Assembly (NCBI GenBank): GCA_000991645.1
Contig: LBRX01000002.1
Location: 1-44,311 of the forward strand
Length of the DNA: 44,311 nt
Origin: Candidatus Moranbacteria bacterium GW2011_GWE2_36_40
GTDB taxonomy: Bacteria; Patescibacteriota; Minisyncoccia; Moranbacterales; GWC2-37-73
Direction: 5' to 3'
Below are positions 19,229 through 29,755 of this stretch, piece by piece (positions within the stretch are counted from its first letter, which is position 1; every line of letters begins with the position of its first letter). The notes under the pieces were generated by a model. That model ran no database searches. It had not been told where the DNA came from and was given only the letters and a program-made list of their open reading frames with translations. A program made the position numbers and the translations under genes.

Positions 19229-19245
19229 TTCTATAAAATATTACT

Positions 19246-21204
19246 ATGAAATTCATAATCGATAGTAAATTTAAGCCAAGTGGAGATCAACCGGGGGCGA
19301 TTGAGCTTCTTGTGCATGGATTGAATCATCATAAAAAATTTCAGACATTGATGGGTGTTACTGGTTCGGGAAAAACTTTCACAATTGCCAATGTTATTGA
19401 GGCTGTGCAGAAGCCGACATTGGTAATAGCGCCAAACAAAACTCTTGCGGCGCAGTTGGTGCAAGAGTTTCGAACTTTTTTTCCAAAAAATGCTGTGGAA
19501 TATTTTGTTTCATATTATGATTATTATCAGCCGGAAGCATACATTGCTTCATCGGACACTTATATTGAAAAAGAAGTGCAAATCAATGAAGAAATTGACC
19601 GATTGCGTCATGCCGCGACCAGTGGACTTTTGTCTAGGCGAGATGTAATTATTGTGGCTTCTGTTTCTTGTATCTATGGATTGGGATCGCCGGATTATTA
19701 TCGTGAAGGTACGGTTGAAGTGGAAGTAGGCAAAGAAAACTCGCGCGAAAAAATCATGCAAAAGATGGTGGACATGCAATATCATCGCAGCGAAGTTTTG
19801 GAACGAGGAAAATTTCGCGTCACAGGCGACACGATTGAAGTTATCACTCCGGGACGGGAAATTGTGACGCGCATTGAGTTGGAAGGAGGCTTGGTAAAAC
19901 GCATCCATGAATATGATTTGCTGACGGGTGAAAAATTGGGAGATTTGGAAAAAACATTGATTTATCCAGCGAAACATTTTGTGGTGCCGGAACCAGTAAT
20001 GCAAGAAGCATTAGCTGAAATAGAAGCGGATGCTAAGGAGAGAGTGAAATATTTCAAAGATAAGGGTAAACTTTTGGAGGCTGAAAGAATCGGACGACGC
20101 ACTGAGCAAGATCTGGAAATGATGCGAGAGGTTGGTTATTGCAATGGTATTGAAAATTATTCGCGTTATCTGACAGATAGATTGGCTGGCGAAGCCCCAT
20201 ATACCTTAATGGATTATTTCCCCAAGGACTTTTTGTTGGTGGTGGATGAATCGCATGTGACCATTCCGCAAATTGGTGCCATGTATCATGGCGATCGCTC
20301 TCGCAAAGAAGCTTTGATTGAAAATGGATTTCGTCTTCCGAGCGCCTTTGATAATCGTCCACTTAAATTTGAAGAATTTGAAGAACATATTAATCAGATG
20401 ATTTTTACGTCAGCCACACCTTCGAAATATGAAAAAGAAAATTCTACTGCAATTGCTCAACAAATTATTCGTCCAACCGGCTTAATTGATCCAGAGCTCA
20501 TTATTAAAAGTGCCAAGGGACAAGTAAAGGATGTTTTTGTTGAAATTGAAAAAGTGGTGGCTAAAAATGAGAGAGTGTTGATTACAACTCTGACTAAAAA
20601 AATGGCCGAGGATCTGACGGAGTTTTTGAAAGAGAATGGAATCAAATGTGAATATGTTCATTCTGATGTTGACACTTTGGATCGTGTGCGAATTTTGGAA
20701 GGGCTTCGACGTGGAGAATTTGACGTGTTGGTGGGAGTAAATCTTCTTCGTGAGGGACTTGATTTGCCAGAGGTTTCTCTTGTGGCTATTTTGGATGCTG
20801 ACAAAGAAGGTTTTTTGCGAAGTGAGACATCACTTATTCAAACAATTGGACGAGCTGCTAGAAATATTAATGGACGTGTTATTTTGTATGCAGATAGTGT
20901 TACAGGCTCAATGAAACGCGCTATTGATGAAACAAATCGTCGACGTGAAATTCAAATGGCTTATAACAAAAAACATCACATTACACCAAAAACAATTCAA
21001 AAAAATATCAAATCAATTGTTGATCACGAGATTAATCCTGAAATTGCAATGGATTTTTCAAGACTTGAATCCTTGGAGGATATTGGTGGATATATTAAAC
21101 AGAAAGAAAAAGAAATGAAAGAAGCAGCCAGGGGTCTTCAATTTGAAAAGGCTGCCTTGATTCGCGATGAGATTTCAACTTTGCGAAAATTGCAATTAAA
21201 GTAA
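19246..21204 (+). CDS. uvrB: Excinuclease ABC subunit B
   Basis: [34 protein letters not shown]-terminal UVR domain. Confidence 0.99.
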   Translation: MKFIIDSKFKPSGDQPGAIELLVHGLNHHKKFQTLMGVTGSGKTFTIANVIEAVQKPTLVIAPNKTLAAQLVQEFRTFFPKNAVEYFVSYYDYYQPEAYIASSDTYIEKEVQINEEIDRLRHAATSGLLSRRDVIIVASVSCIYGLGSPDYYREGTVEVEVGKENSREKIMQKMVDMQYHRSEVLERGKFRVTGDTIEVITPGREIVTRIELEGGLVKRIHEYDLLTGEKLGDLEKTLIYPAKHFVVPEPVMQEALAEIEADAKERVKYFKDKGKLLEAERIGRRTEQDLEMMREVGYCNGIENYSRYLTDRLAGEAPYTLMDYFPKDFLLVVDESHVTIPQIGAMYHGDRSRKEALIENGFRLPSAFDNRPLKFEEFEEHINQMIFTSATPSKYEKENSTAIAQQIIRPTGLIDPELIIKSAKGQVKDVFVEIEKVVAKNERVLITTLTKKMAEDLTEFLKENGIKCEYVHSDVDTLDRVRILEGLRRGEFDVLVGVNLLREGLDLPEVSLVAILDADKEGFLRSETSLIQTIGRAARNINGRVILYADSVTGSMKRAIDETNRRREIQMAYNKKHHITPKTIQKNIKSIVDHEINPEIAMDFSRLESLEDIGGYIKQKEKEMKEAARGLQFEKAALIRDEISTLRKLQLK

Positions 21205-21331
21205 GTTTAATTTTTTCGTATCGCATATTACGCTTAGTCTTGTGCGATTTTGAATAACCCTGTAAAATAGGACAAGTGTTAAAAGGACACTATTTTAATA
21301 AAAAATTTAAGTATTAAAAAGTACGTATTTT

Positions 21332-22426
21332 ATGGAAAATGAAAACAAGTTGGAAGATAAAATATTAGAAGCTTCTGAAACAAAAATTGATCAAGAAAAA
21401 GTTGAAAGCAAAAAAGATGCGAATTGTTTTATGAATAAATTGTGTTGCAAGGATGGTCTTTGCAAATGTGGTAAAGGCAAATGGGTAGCATTAGCTGCTG
21501 TGGTATTGATTATTGCAGTTGCTGGATCTTATCTTTATAAAATTAAAAAAACAGATATTGGAGTTGATGGTGCAAAAGCAAAAGTTGAGCAATTCATTAA
21601 GGAAAATACTCCTGAAAATGGAAAGGGAATTGAAATTAAGGAGGTTATTAAAGAGGCTGGATTGTATAAGGTGACAATTGATGCTAATAAGCAAGAAATA
21701 GTTGCTTATATTGCAATCGATGGTAGCAAGTTTTTCCCGCAGGCAATAGATTTGAACAAGAAAGATGAAGCAGCAGCAGATAAAGCTGCGCAAGCTCCTG
21801 AAAAAACTGAAGCTGAAAATAAGACAGATGTGCCAACCGTTGACTTGTTTGTGATGAGTTATTGCCCATATGGACTTCAAATGGAAAGAGGCATTTTGCC
21901 TGCAGTTGAAGCATTGGGTAATAAAATTAAATTTAACTTAAAATTTGTTGACTATGCCTTGCACGGACAAAAAGAAGTGGATGAGAACTTGAATCAATAT
22001 TGCATCAGTAAAACACAGCCAACGAAATTAAACAGTTATTTGAAATGTTTTTGGAAGGATAGCAAGGGAGCGAGCGCTGCCTGCATGAAAACTTTGGGAA
22101 TAAATGCTGCACAAATTTCAACTTGCGTTAGTGATGCAGTTAAACAATTTGGTTCTACGGAAAAGTCTCTTGGGGTTAACAAGGAAGAGGGGGTGCAATT
22201 TGGAGTGCAAGGTTCTCCAACATTGGTTGTTAATGAAACAACAATTGCATCTGGTCGTGACAGCGCTAGTGTTTTGAAGGCAATCTGTTCAGGATTTGCA
22301 AATCAGCCAAAAGAATGTCAGGCAAAACTATCCGCAACTTCTCCAGTGGCTGGATTTGATGATCAAGCATCTGCTTCCGCAGGCGGAAGTGCACCAGCCG
22401 CTTCATGTGAAACGCCAGCAAAGTAA
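21332..22426 (+). CDS. Membrane-anchored thioredoxin/DsbA-fold protein
   Basis: TM anchor, LFVMSYCPYG, GVQGSPTLVVN cis-Pro loop, several Cys pairs. Confidence 0.75.
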   Translation: MENENKLEDKILEASETKIDQEKVESKKDANCFMNKLCCKDGLCKCGKGKWVALAAVVLIIAVAGSYLYKIKKTDIGVDGAKAKVEQFIKENTPENGKGIEIKEVIKEAGLYKVTIDANKQEIVAYIAIDGSKFFPQAIDLNKKDEAAADKAAQAPEKTEAENKTDVPTVDLFVMSYCPYGLQMERGILPAVEALGNKIKFNLKFVDYALHGQKEVDENLNQYCISKTQPTKLNSYLKCFWKDSKGASAACMKTLGINAAQISTCVSDAVKQFGSTEKSLGVNKEEGVQFGVQGSPTLVVNETTIASGRDSASVLKAICSGFANQPKECQAKLSATSPVAGFDDQASASAGGSAPAASCETPAK

Positions 22427-22447
22427 TATTACAAAATTGATTTCTTC

Positions 22448-22480
22448 TTAAAAGCGTAGTACTATGTATTACGCTTTTAA
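22448..22480 (+). terminator. Terminator-like hairpin
   Basis: AAAAGCGTAGTAC TAT GTATTACGCTTTT. Confidence 0.55.
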
Positions 22481-22501
22481 ATTTGTGATTTAATTTTAAA
22501 T

Positions 22502-25471
22502 ATGCAGGAAAATAAAATAGTCATCAAGGGTGCGCGTGAGCATAACCTAAAAAATATAGATTTGGAGTTGCCTCGAAATAAGTTTATCGTGTTTACGGGG
22601 CTTTCTGGTAGTGGAAAATCAACATTGGCATTTGACACTATCTTTGCGGAAGGTCAGAGAAGATATTTGGAAAGTTTGTCGAGTTATGCTAGGCAATTTT
22701 TGGGACAAATGGATAAGCCTGATGTTGACTATATTGAAGGACTTTCGCCTGCTATTTCTATTGATCAAAAATCAACATCTCACAATCCACGTTCAACGGT
22801 TGGAACTGTAACAGAAATTCATGATTATCTGAGACTTCTTTATGCAAAGATTGGAATTCCACATTGTCCAGAATGTGGACGTGAAATTTCCAAGCTTTCA
22901 ACTGATGAAATTGTGGACAGAATTTTGAATCTCACTGAACCTCACCCCGACCCTCTCCTTAAAAAGGAGAGGGGGGAAAATGGAAACGCGAATACGCGCA
23001 ACGTTTCTATCGAAATTCTTTCACCGTTGGTGCGTGAGCGAAAGGGCGAATATTTGGCGATCCTTGATGATATGTGGAAGCGTGGATTTTCTGAGGCGAT
23101 TGTGGATGGAAAATTATTGCGCCTGGAAGATTTTAAAGATGTAAAGCTTGAGCGATATAAAAAACATAGCATTGATATCATTGTTGATCGTGTTGAAATA
23201 AATGATGAAAATTTGACGCGAATTTTTGAAGGAGTGGAAAAAGCTCTTAGGCTTTCACATGGGATTGTAAAAGTAAAATGTCAAAAACAACAGACAGCAG
23301 ACAATAAACAACAAACAACAAAAAATTCTAAATCCAAAAATTCAGATGAGTGTGAGGTTGAGCAGATTTTTAATCAGAATTTATCTTGTCCAATTCATGA
23401 TATTGAATTTCCAGATTTGGAACCTCGATTGTTTTCATTTAATTCTCCATTTGGTGCCTGTGAAGCTTGTGAGGGATTGGGTGTGAAGAAAGAAATTGAT
23501 CCTGCAAGAATAATGCCAGACAAAAATAAAACCATTGCCGAAGGAGGTTTGATGCCTTGGAGTTATAAAAAAAATAATTATATTGGTTCAGTGCTTAAGG
23601 CGGTTTGTGAATTTTATTATATACCAGACAATAAACGTTTGCGTGACCTGACCAAAACTCAATTGGATTTGTTGCTTTATGGTCATAGTGATGAGGATGT
23701 AATTAGGGTAAAGTTTTTTGCACGCGGGGGTGGAGGACATTTTAATGTGACATGGAAAGGCGTGATCTTTTGGATGCAAGAGCGCTATAGAACAACAACT
23801 TCAGATGCAATTAGACAAGACATTGAAAAATACATGTCTCAAAAGTCTTGTAGTGTTTGCCATGGTTCACGTTATAAAAGTCAGGTGCTTTTAGTTACAG
23901 TTGGACAAAAAAATATTCATGAAACCTCAATTCAAAGCATAAAAGAATGCATATCTTTTTTTGAGCATATTAAACTTACACATCGTGAAGAATTAATTGC
24001 AGGAAGAATCCTCAAGGAAATTGTTGCACGTTTGGTATTTTTGAATAATGTTGGATTGGATTATTTGACATTGCAAAGAGCTGCTTATTCTTTGTCAGGA
24101 GGAGAGTCCCAGCGCATTCGCTTGGCATCACAAATTGGCTCACAATTGGTTGGCGTGCTGTACATTTTGGATGAACCATCTATTGGTCTTCATGCACGTG
24201 ATAATATTAAGCTTATTGACGCATTGCGTCATCTGCAAAAAATAGGAAACACTTTGATTGTTATTGAGCATGATGAAGAAATGATGCGCAGTGCTGATTG
24301 GCTTGTGGATATTGGACCACGTGCCGGAAAACATGGTGGGGAAATTGTTGCTCAAGGAACACCAAATGAGGTTATTAACAATCCCAATTCTCTTACTGGT
24401 CAGTATCTTAGAGGAGAATTGCAAATTGAAATTCCTAAGGTTCGTCGCTCTATAAATAAGAAGAGATCTATTACTGTGCGTGGTGCGAGTGAACACAATC
24501 TTAAGAATGTGACAGTTGAATTTCCACTTAAAGTTTTCACTTGCGTGACTGGAGTTTCTGGCTCTGGAAAATCAACGCTGGTTGAGGACACCTTGTATAA
24601 AGCCTTGGCCAATAAGCTTCATCGTGCACTTGATGTGCCAGCACATCACAATGAAATTATTGGAATTGAGAATATAAACAAAGTAATCATGATTGATCAG
24701 TCACCGATTGGAAGAACACCACGATCAAATCCTGCTACCTATACCGGACTTTTTACACATATTCGTGAATTGTTCGCTAAAACAAAGGATGCTAAATTGC
24801 GAGGATATGGACCAGGACGTTTTTCTTTTAACGTTGCTGGTGGACGTTGTGATAATTGCAGTGGAGAAGGATATTTGAAAATCGAAATGCAATTTATGCC
24901 TGATGTTTATTTGCCGTGTGATGTTTGTCATGGAAAAAGATATAATAGTGAAACACTTCAAGTGAAATTCAAAGGTAAAAATATTGCAGAAGTATTGGGA
25001 ATGACTGTTTCGGAAGGTGTTGAATTTTTTTCCTCAATTTCAAAAATTTCTGATCCTTTGAAAATTTTGGAAGATGTTGGCTTGGGATATATCGAACTTG
25101 GTCAAAGTGCTACCACGCTTTCTGGCGGGGAAGCGCAAAGAATAAAACTCGCCTCTGAACTTTCCCGTCGTGCTACTGGGGACACGTTGTATATCCTGGA
25201 TGAACCAACCACAGGGCTGCATTTTGATGATATAAAAAAATTATTGGAAGTACTTAATCGTCTTGTAAATGCTGGCAACACCGTTGTTGTAATTGAACAT
25301 AATATGGATGTTATTAAAACTGCTGACTGGATTATTGATATGGGGCCAGAGGGTGGAGATGGTGGCGGAAAGATTATCGTTACTGGCCCACCGGAAGAAA
25401 TCATCAAATATTATAAAGAAAGCTACACCGCCAAATATTTGCGGCAAGTTTTGAAACCGAAAAGTCTATAA
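22502..25471 (+). CDS. uvrA: Excinuclease ABC subunit A
   Basis: Two ABC domains ([13 protein letters not shown]; [13 protein letters not shown]) and Zn fingers; carries two repeat-derived inserts. Confidence 0.99.
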   Translation: MQENKIVIKGAREHNLKNIDLELPRNKFIVFTGLSGSGKSTLAFDTIFAEGQRRYLESLSSYARQFLGQMDKPDVDYIEGLSPAISIDQKSTSHNPRSTVGTVTEIHDYLRLLYAKIGIPHCPECGREISKLSTDEIVDRILNLTEPHPDPLLKKERGENGNANTRNVSIEILSPLVRERKGEYLAILDDMWKRGFSEAIVDGKLLRLEDFKDVKLERYKKHSIDIIVDRVEINDENLTRIFEGVEKALRLSHGIVKVKCQKQQTADNKQQTTKNSKSKNSDECEVEQIFNQNLSCPIHDIEFPDLEPRLFSFNSPFGACEACEGLGVKKEIDPARIMPDKNKTIAEGGLMPWSYKKNNYIGSVLKAVCEFYYIPDNKRLRDLTKTQLDLLLYGHSDEDVIRVKFFARGGGGHFNVTWKGVIFWMQERYRTTTSDAIRQDIEKYMSQKSCSVCHGSRYKSQVLLVTVGQKNIHETSIQSIKECISFFEHIKLTHREELIAGRILKEIVARLVFLNNVGLDYLTLQRAAYSLSGGESQRIRLASQIGSQLVGVLYILDEPSIGLHARDNIKLIDALRHLQKIGNTLIVIEHDEEMMRSADWLVDIGPRAGKHGGEIVAQGTPNEVINNPNSLTGQYLRGELQIEIPKVRRSINKKRSITVRGASEHNLKNVTVEFPLKVFTCVTGVSGSGKSTLVEDTLYKALANKLHRALDVPAHHNEIIGIENINKVIMIDQSPIGRTPRSNPATYTGLFTHIRELFAKTKDAKLRGYGPGRFSFNVAGGRCDNCSGEGYLKIEMQFMPDVYLPCDVCHGKRYNSETLQVKFKGKNIAEVLGMTVSEGVEFFSSISKISDPLKILEDVGLGYIELGQSATTLSGGEAQRIKLASELSRRATGDTLYILDEPTTGLHFDDIKKLLEVLNRLVNAGNTVVVIEHNMDVIKTADWIIDMGPEGGDGGGKIIVTGPPEEIIKYYKESYTAKYLRQVLKPKSL
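22939..22976. repeat. Family-B element in frame in uvrA
   Basis: ACCTCACCCCGACCCTCTCCTTAAAAAGGAGAGGG, read as [12 protein letters not shown]. Confidence 0.85.
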
Positions 25472-25490
25472 TAGCTTTTTTCTTTATCTT

Positions 25491-25543
25491 TCTCTCCTCA
25501 GATGAGGAGAGATGTCCCGATACGGAATCGGGACAGAGAGGTT
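25491..25543. repeat. Family-B element after uvrA
   Basis: Near-identical to the 10821 copy with a longer second hairpin. Confidence 0.85.
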
Positions 25544-25667
25544 TGATTCGCTGTAAGAAAACAAAAAAAACCAAAACACAAGCGGTCGTATGATTTTTGG
25601 TTTTTTTGAAAAATAAAAAGGTATTTGCGCATATTAGGCAAATACCTTGGATCGTTCCTTTGTTTTT

Positions 25668-26069
25668 TTAGACTGTCTCGTGTTTGTTGTGTAGTTTCAG
25701 GTGGTTTAGGCAAACAAACATTGAGATGAAAATTGTTCTTATTGCCCATGATATGTTGGGTAGGTCATCCTTATTTGTCGTCCTCAAGATGTATTTTATT
25801 TCTTCTTCAGCTGAGATGGCAGGCATATTTCTGCGTGGCTTGCATGTCAACAATGATGCCGATACATGTATGCACGCAGTTATGATGCATTCATCAAAAA
25901 GGATTCCTTTTTGGGCCTTGGATGCATTGTCCAAAAAGTATTCAAATTCTCCATACTCTGTTACATATCTGAATAATAATGGATGAATATTCTCCAAATC
26001 AAGTTTGTCTACATGTTTGAGAACAGCCACACATGTTTCTATGGATACAAGATTATCATTGTTTTGCAT
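25668..26069 (-). CDS. Hypothetical protein (orphan)
   Basis: 133-aa ORF preceded by an AAGGAGG SD; fills the uvrA-uvrC gap. Confidence 0.55.
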   Translation of the reverse strand: MQNNDNLVSIETCVAVLKHVDKLDLENIHPLLFRYVTEYGEFEYFLDNASKAQKGILFDECIITACIHVSASLLTCKPRRNMPAISAEEEIKYILRTTNKDDLPNISWAIRTIFISMFVCLNHLKLHNKHETV

Positions 26070-26167
26070 CGCGCTTCCTCCTTGAGAATGTTGTTTTGTA
26101 AGAACTATTGATACTTCAAAATAATATGATATATTAAATTGATATTAATGTCAATAATTATTTAATC

Positions 26168-27646
26168 ATGAAAAGAAATAATTTTCAAGATATTGTCAAA
26201 AAATTACCACAAGCACTAGGGGTGTATTTTTTTCGTGGGGGAAAAGGCAAAATTTTGTATATTGGCAAAGCCACAAATTTGCGAAGTCGAGTGGCTTCAT
26301 ATTTTCGCGGGCAGGGTTCGGAGTCCGACTCCGAATTTCGGAGTCGGACTCCGATCACACCACTTAGCGTGGCAGGTCGAAGTGAGTGGATTGGCTTGAT
26401 GGTTTCTCAAGTGGTCAACATTGATTTCGAGCAGACCGATTCTGTGCTGGAGGCTTTAATTTTGGAAAGCAACTCAATCAAAAAACATCAGCCAAAATAT
26501 AATACACTGGAAAAAGATGATAAAAGTTTTTCATATTTTGTTGTGACTAAAGAAGAATTTCCAAAAGTTTTGATTGTGAGGAAAACCGACTTGAAAAATT
26601 ATGTCATTCCGAACTTGTTTCGGAATCTAGAAGAGCCCAGCGAGATCCCTGAGCTAAATTCAGTGCAGGCTCTGAAACAAGTTCAGGATGGCAAAAAAAC
26701 AAACACTAAGAAGCTAATGCCTGAAAAGCTAAAAGCTATTTACGGTCCTTACACAAGCAAGCAGCAGATGCAGATTGCGCTTAAGATTATTCGCAGAATT
26801 TTTCCATTCCATGCTGGCAAACAAAAAACTGAAAAAGGTTGTTTGGATTTTCAAATAGGGATGTGTCCTGGGCCTTATGCGGATGCAATTTCCAAAGTTG
26901 ATTACAGGAAAAATATCTGTGGAATCGAAATGATTTTGCAGGGAAAGAAAAAAAGTTTGATTTCAAGAATGGAAAAAGAAATGCAGACTTTTTCCAAAAG
27001 AAACGAATTTGAAAAAGCGGCAGTCCTCCGAAATAAAATTTTTGCATTGCAACACATTCGCGACGTGGCGCTGATGACAAGAGATTTTGAGCCTGTTGAA
27101 TTTTCTAAAAAGCTAACGCCTAATAAGCTAAAGCCTGCCCGCATTGAGGCTTACGACATCTCTAATATTTCAGGCGATCACGCTGTGGGCTCGATGGTAG
27201 TTTTTTCCGCCAAAGGCGGATCCGCCTTTGGCGGAGAAAACTGGCTGCCGGAAAAATCGCAGTATCGAAAATTCAAAATTAAAACAGTAGAAGGTTCAAA
27301 TGATGTGGCGATGATGAAAGAAGTTTTGTCGCGAAGATTTAATAATGACTGGACAATGCCAGACTTGATTTTGTTAGATGGTGGACAGGGACACGTTAAT
27401 ATGGCAGGGGACTTAGTACGCGAATTAGGACTAGATGTATTGATTGTTGGTGTAGCTAAGGGTAAGACGCGTAAAAATCTCAATTTCCAATTTCCAATTT
27501 CCAATAAAATCCAAATGACTCAATTTCCAAGGGAATTGCAGGATTTTTTGAATGATAAAAATTCAGTAAAGCACATAATGGATGAGGCGCATCGTTTTGC
27601 AATCTCTTATCACCGAAAATTACGCAGCAAAAACTCTTTAAAATAG
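26168..27646 (+). CDS. uvrC: Excinuclease ABC subunit C (short form without HhH)
   Basis: GVY..LYIGKA GIY-YIG domain, UVR domain, RIEAYDIS, DGGQG, DEAHRFAI; multiple in-frame repeat inserts. Confidence 0.95.
   Translation: MKRNNFQDIVKKLPQALGVYFFRGGKGKILYIGKATNLRSRVASYFRGQGSESDSEFRSRTPITPLSVAGRSEWIGLMVSQVVNIDFEQTDSVLEALILESNSIKKHQPKYNTLEKDDKSFSYFVVTKEEFPKVLIVRKTDLKNYVIPNLFRNLEEPSEIPELNSVQALKQVQDGKKTNTKKLMPEKLKAIYGPYTSKQQMQIALKIIRRIFPFHAGKQKTEKGCLDFQIGMCPGPYADAISKVDYRKNICGIEMILQGKKKSLISRMEKEMQTFSKRNEFEKAAVLRNKIFALQHIRDVALMTRDFEPVEFSKKLTPNKLKPARIEAYDISNISGDHAVGSMVVFSAKGGSAFGGENWLPEKSQYRKFKIKTVEGSNDVAMMKEVLSRRFNNDWTMPDLILLDGGQGHVNMAGDLVRELGLDVLIVGVAKGKTRKNLNFQFPISNKIQMTQFPRELQDFLNDKNSVKHIMDEAHRFAISYHRKLRSKNSLK
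26318..26354. repeat. 37-bp palindrome in uvrC (family D)
   Basis: TCGGAGTCCGACTCCGAA-T-TTCGGAGTCGGACTCCGA. Confidence 0.9.
26602..26693. repeat. Family-C element in frame in uvrC
   Basis: TGTCATTCCGAACTTGTTTCGGAATC...CTGAAACAAGTTCAGGATGGCA. Confidence 0.85.
27206..27235. repeat. Perfect 30-bp palindrome in uvrC (family E)
   Basis: TCCGCCAAAGGCGGATCCGCCTTTGGCGGA, read as SAKGGSAFGG. Confidence 0.9.
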
Positions 27647-27740
27647 TTGAAAGACAGTTACTGTTGTTGCGTATCAATAAATACAAATCAAGACTGAACT
27701 TCGGGAGGATAGGCGGAGCTCAGTTTTGTGCAATGGAAAT

Positions 27741-28187
27741 ATGATTCAAAAAATATCACGAAATTTTTTATCAAGTTTTTTGTTGGCTGCAATCCTTTTG
27801 GTTGCTTCTGGTTTTTCTGATGGAACGATTGCTCTCGCCTCGAATCGACAAGATGTCTCATCGAGTCGAAGCGGGTCAGCTGCCATGAATTCAATGGATA
27901 ATAATATTACATTGGATCAAACAATGCATGCTGTAACTGGAGCAGTAATGATCATGCATCAAGATGAAACTTCAGATAATAATGCATTGAAGCCTTGCTG
28001 TGAAGATAAACAAGGTGGTGCGTCAGCAATTCAATCCTCTGCTTTCAATCAAAATATTAAATTTTTTCCTCTTGGCACCGAAACAATTATTGATCCAAAT
28101 TATATTTTTCAATATAAATTAATAGAATTATCTTCTGCTTCGCCACCGAAGCCAGATATTATTTCTTCCGTCCTCTTGAAAGAATAA
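27741..28187 (+). CDS. Exported Met/His/Cys-containing protein upstream of the copper genes (possible DUF2946-like leader)
   Basis: Signal-like N-terminus, MHAV..MIMH, PCC, C-terminal SPPKP. Confidence 0.6.
   Translation: MIQKISRNFLSSFLLAAILLVASGFSDGTIALASNRQDVSSSRSGSAAMNSMDNNITLDQTMHAVTGAVMIMHQDETSDNNALKPCCEDKQGGASAIQSSAFNQNIKFFPLGTETIIDPNYIFQYKLIELSSASPPKPDIISSVLLKE
27834..27875. repeat. Family-G hairpin inside a CDS
   Basis: CTCGCCTCGAATCGA...TCGAGTCGAAGCGGG; related to the insert at 552-583. Confidence 0.65.
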
Positions 28188-28259
28188 ATCATTTTCTTTG
28201 TTTGCCCTTTTTAAATCAAGGGTTGTTTTTGGTATACTTAAAAAATAAAATTGTATAAT

Positions 28260-29744
28260 ATGCAAAAAATAATAGTTTCTATTGGTGGTATGCATTGTCG
28301 ATCTTGTGAAATATTGGTAGAGGAAAAACTTTCTGAAATTTCTAAAATTAAAAAAATAGAAGTTAACCATAAAAAAGGTGAAGCTGAAATTTTTTATGAT
28401 TCTCAAAAACCCAGCATGATGGAAATTGAGAATGCAATCAGGGAATCGGGATATACTATTGGGGTAATTGAAAAAAAACCATTGTTCAGTAAAAACGTTA
28501 GTGATTATAAGGACCTGGGAATCGCATTCCTGTTTCTTTTTGGTATCTATATTGTAGCAAAAAATTTGGGCTTGACTGATATTGGTATTGGTAACACAAG
28601 CAATCCGTCTAGTCTTGGAGTAGTTTTCTTGGTGGGAATCACTGCTGGAATTTCAACTTGCATGGCATTGGTTGGCGGTTTGATTCTGGGAATTTCTGCT
28701 CGTCATAGTGAAAAAAACCCTGAAGCTACACCTGCACAAAAGTTTCGTCCGCATTTATTTTTCAATGCCGGCAGAATCGCAATCTATGCGTTGTTGGGAG
28801 GTGTGCTCGGACTTATTGGGTCATCATTTCAGTTGTCAGGAATGACTCTGGGAATTTTGACAATCACAGTTGGCATTGTGATGTTAATTCTTGGATTAAA
28901 ATTAATTGGAATTTTTCCCAGATTGGAGAATGGTGGAATTACATTGCCGAAAAGTATTAGCAGTGCGCTTGGTATAAAAAAAAGCACCAAAGAATATAGT
29001 CACAAAAACTCGTTCCTCATGGGCGGGCTGACATTTTTTCTGCCATGCGGATTTACACAGGCAATGCAGCTTTACGCTGTAAGTAGTGGAAGTTTCACTC
29101 AGGGAGCTTTGATTATGGGAATATTCGCACTTGGAACTGCTCCGGGACTTTTGGGAGTCGGTGGGCTTGCCAGTGTGGTGCGTGGAATTTTTGCCAAGCG
29201 CTTCTTTAAATTCTCTGGAATACTGGTAATATTTTTGGCTATATTTAATATGGCTAATGGGTATAATCTGACAGGTTGGCAATTATTAACTAACAACTCA
29301 CAACCCACAACTAGTAACCTGCCTACCGGACAGGCAGGCAAACAAAATGATCCGAATGTGACGATGGAAAATGGAGTGCAGGTTGTGAGGATGAAAGAAA
29401 TAGCAAGCGGTTATTCGCCGAACAAATTTACCATCAAAAAGGGTGTGCCGGTCAAATGGATTATTGATGCTCAGGCACCATATTCATGTGCTAGTAGTTT
29501 GGTGGTTTCAAGCTTGAAAATTCAAAAAACTTTGAAAGCCAGTGAAAATATTATTGAATTTACCCCAAAAGAGACTGGTAAAATCCCATTCTCTTGCAGT
29601 ATGGGGATGTATACGGGACTTTTTAATGTTGTTGATGAAAATGGTGGCAGCGAAATTGTCGAAGAAATAAGTGACAAGGACAAAACTCCTAATGGAATAT
29701 GTAATATGCAAGGATGTACAATAAATAAGGATCAAACTAAATAA
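28260..29744 (+). CDS. HMA + DsbD_2/TauE-like membrane + cupredoxin-domain protein
   Basis: [33 protein letters not shown]. Confidence 0.85.
   Translation: MQKIIVSIGGMHCRSCEILVEEKLSEISKIKKIEVNHKKGEAEIFYDSQKPSMMEIENAIRESGYTIGVIEKKPLFSKNVSDYKDLGIAFLFLFGIYIVAKNLGLTDIGIGNTSNPSSLGVVFLVGITAGISTCMALVGGLILGISARHSEKNPEATPAQKFRPHLFFNAGRIAIYALLGGVLGLIGSSFQLSGMTLGILTITVGIVMLILGLKLIGIFPRLENGGITLPKSISSALGIKKSTKEYSHKNSFLMGGLTFFLPCGFTQAMQLYAVSSGSFTQGALIMGIFALGTAPGLLGVGGLASVVRGIFAKRFFKFSGILVIFLAIFNMANGYNLTGWQLLTNNSQPTTSNLPTGQAGKQNDPNVTMENGVQVVRMKEIASGYSPNKFTIKKGVPVKWIIDAQAPYSCASSLVVSSLKIQKTLKASENIIEFTPKETGKIPFSCSMGMYTGLFNVVDENGGSEIVEEISDKDKTPNGICNMQGCTINKDQTK
29288..29338. repeat. Heptamer run plus family-F hairpin inside a CDS
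   Basis: (AACTAAC)-like units followed by CCTGCCT ACCGGAC AGGCAGG, read as [17 protein letters not shown]. Confidence 0.75.
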
Positions 29745-29755
29745 TTAAAATTATT

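Noticed and set aside
18430-19245. Replication origin at the strand switch
   Set aside because: Only one or two degenerate DnaA boxes and no dnaA/dnaN; the AT-richness is explained by repeat arrays.
21275-21291. AGTGT-N7-ACACT as an SOS box
   Set aside because: Not found again upstream of lexA, recA or the uvr genes.
26168-27646. Inteins or self-splicing introns as the explanation for the inserts
   Set aside because: Inserts are 20-90 bp with no intein or group I/II signatures; RNA-level excision cannot be excluded without transcripts.
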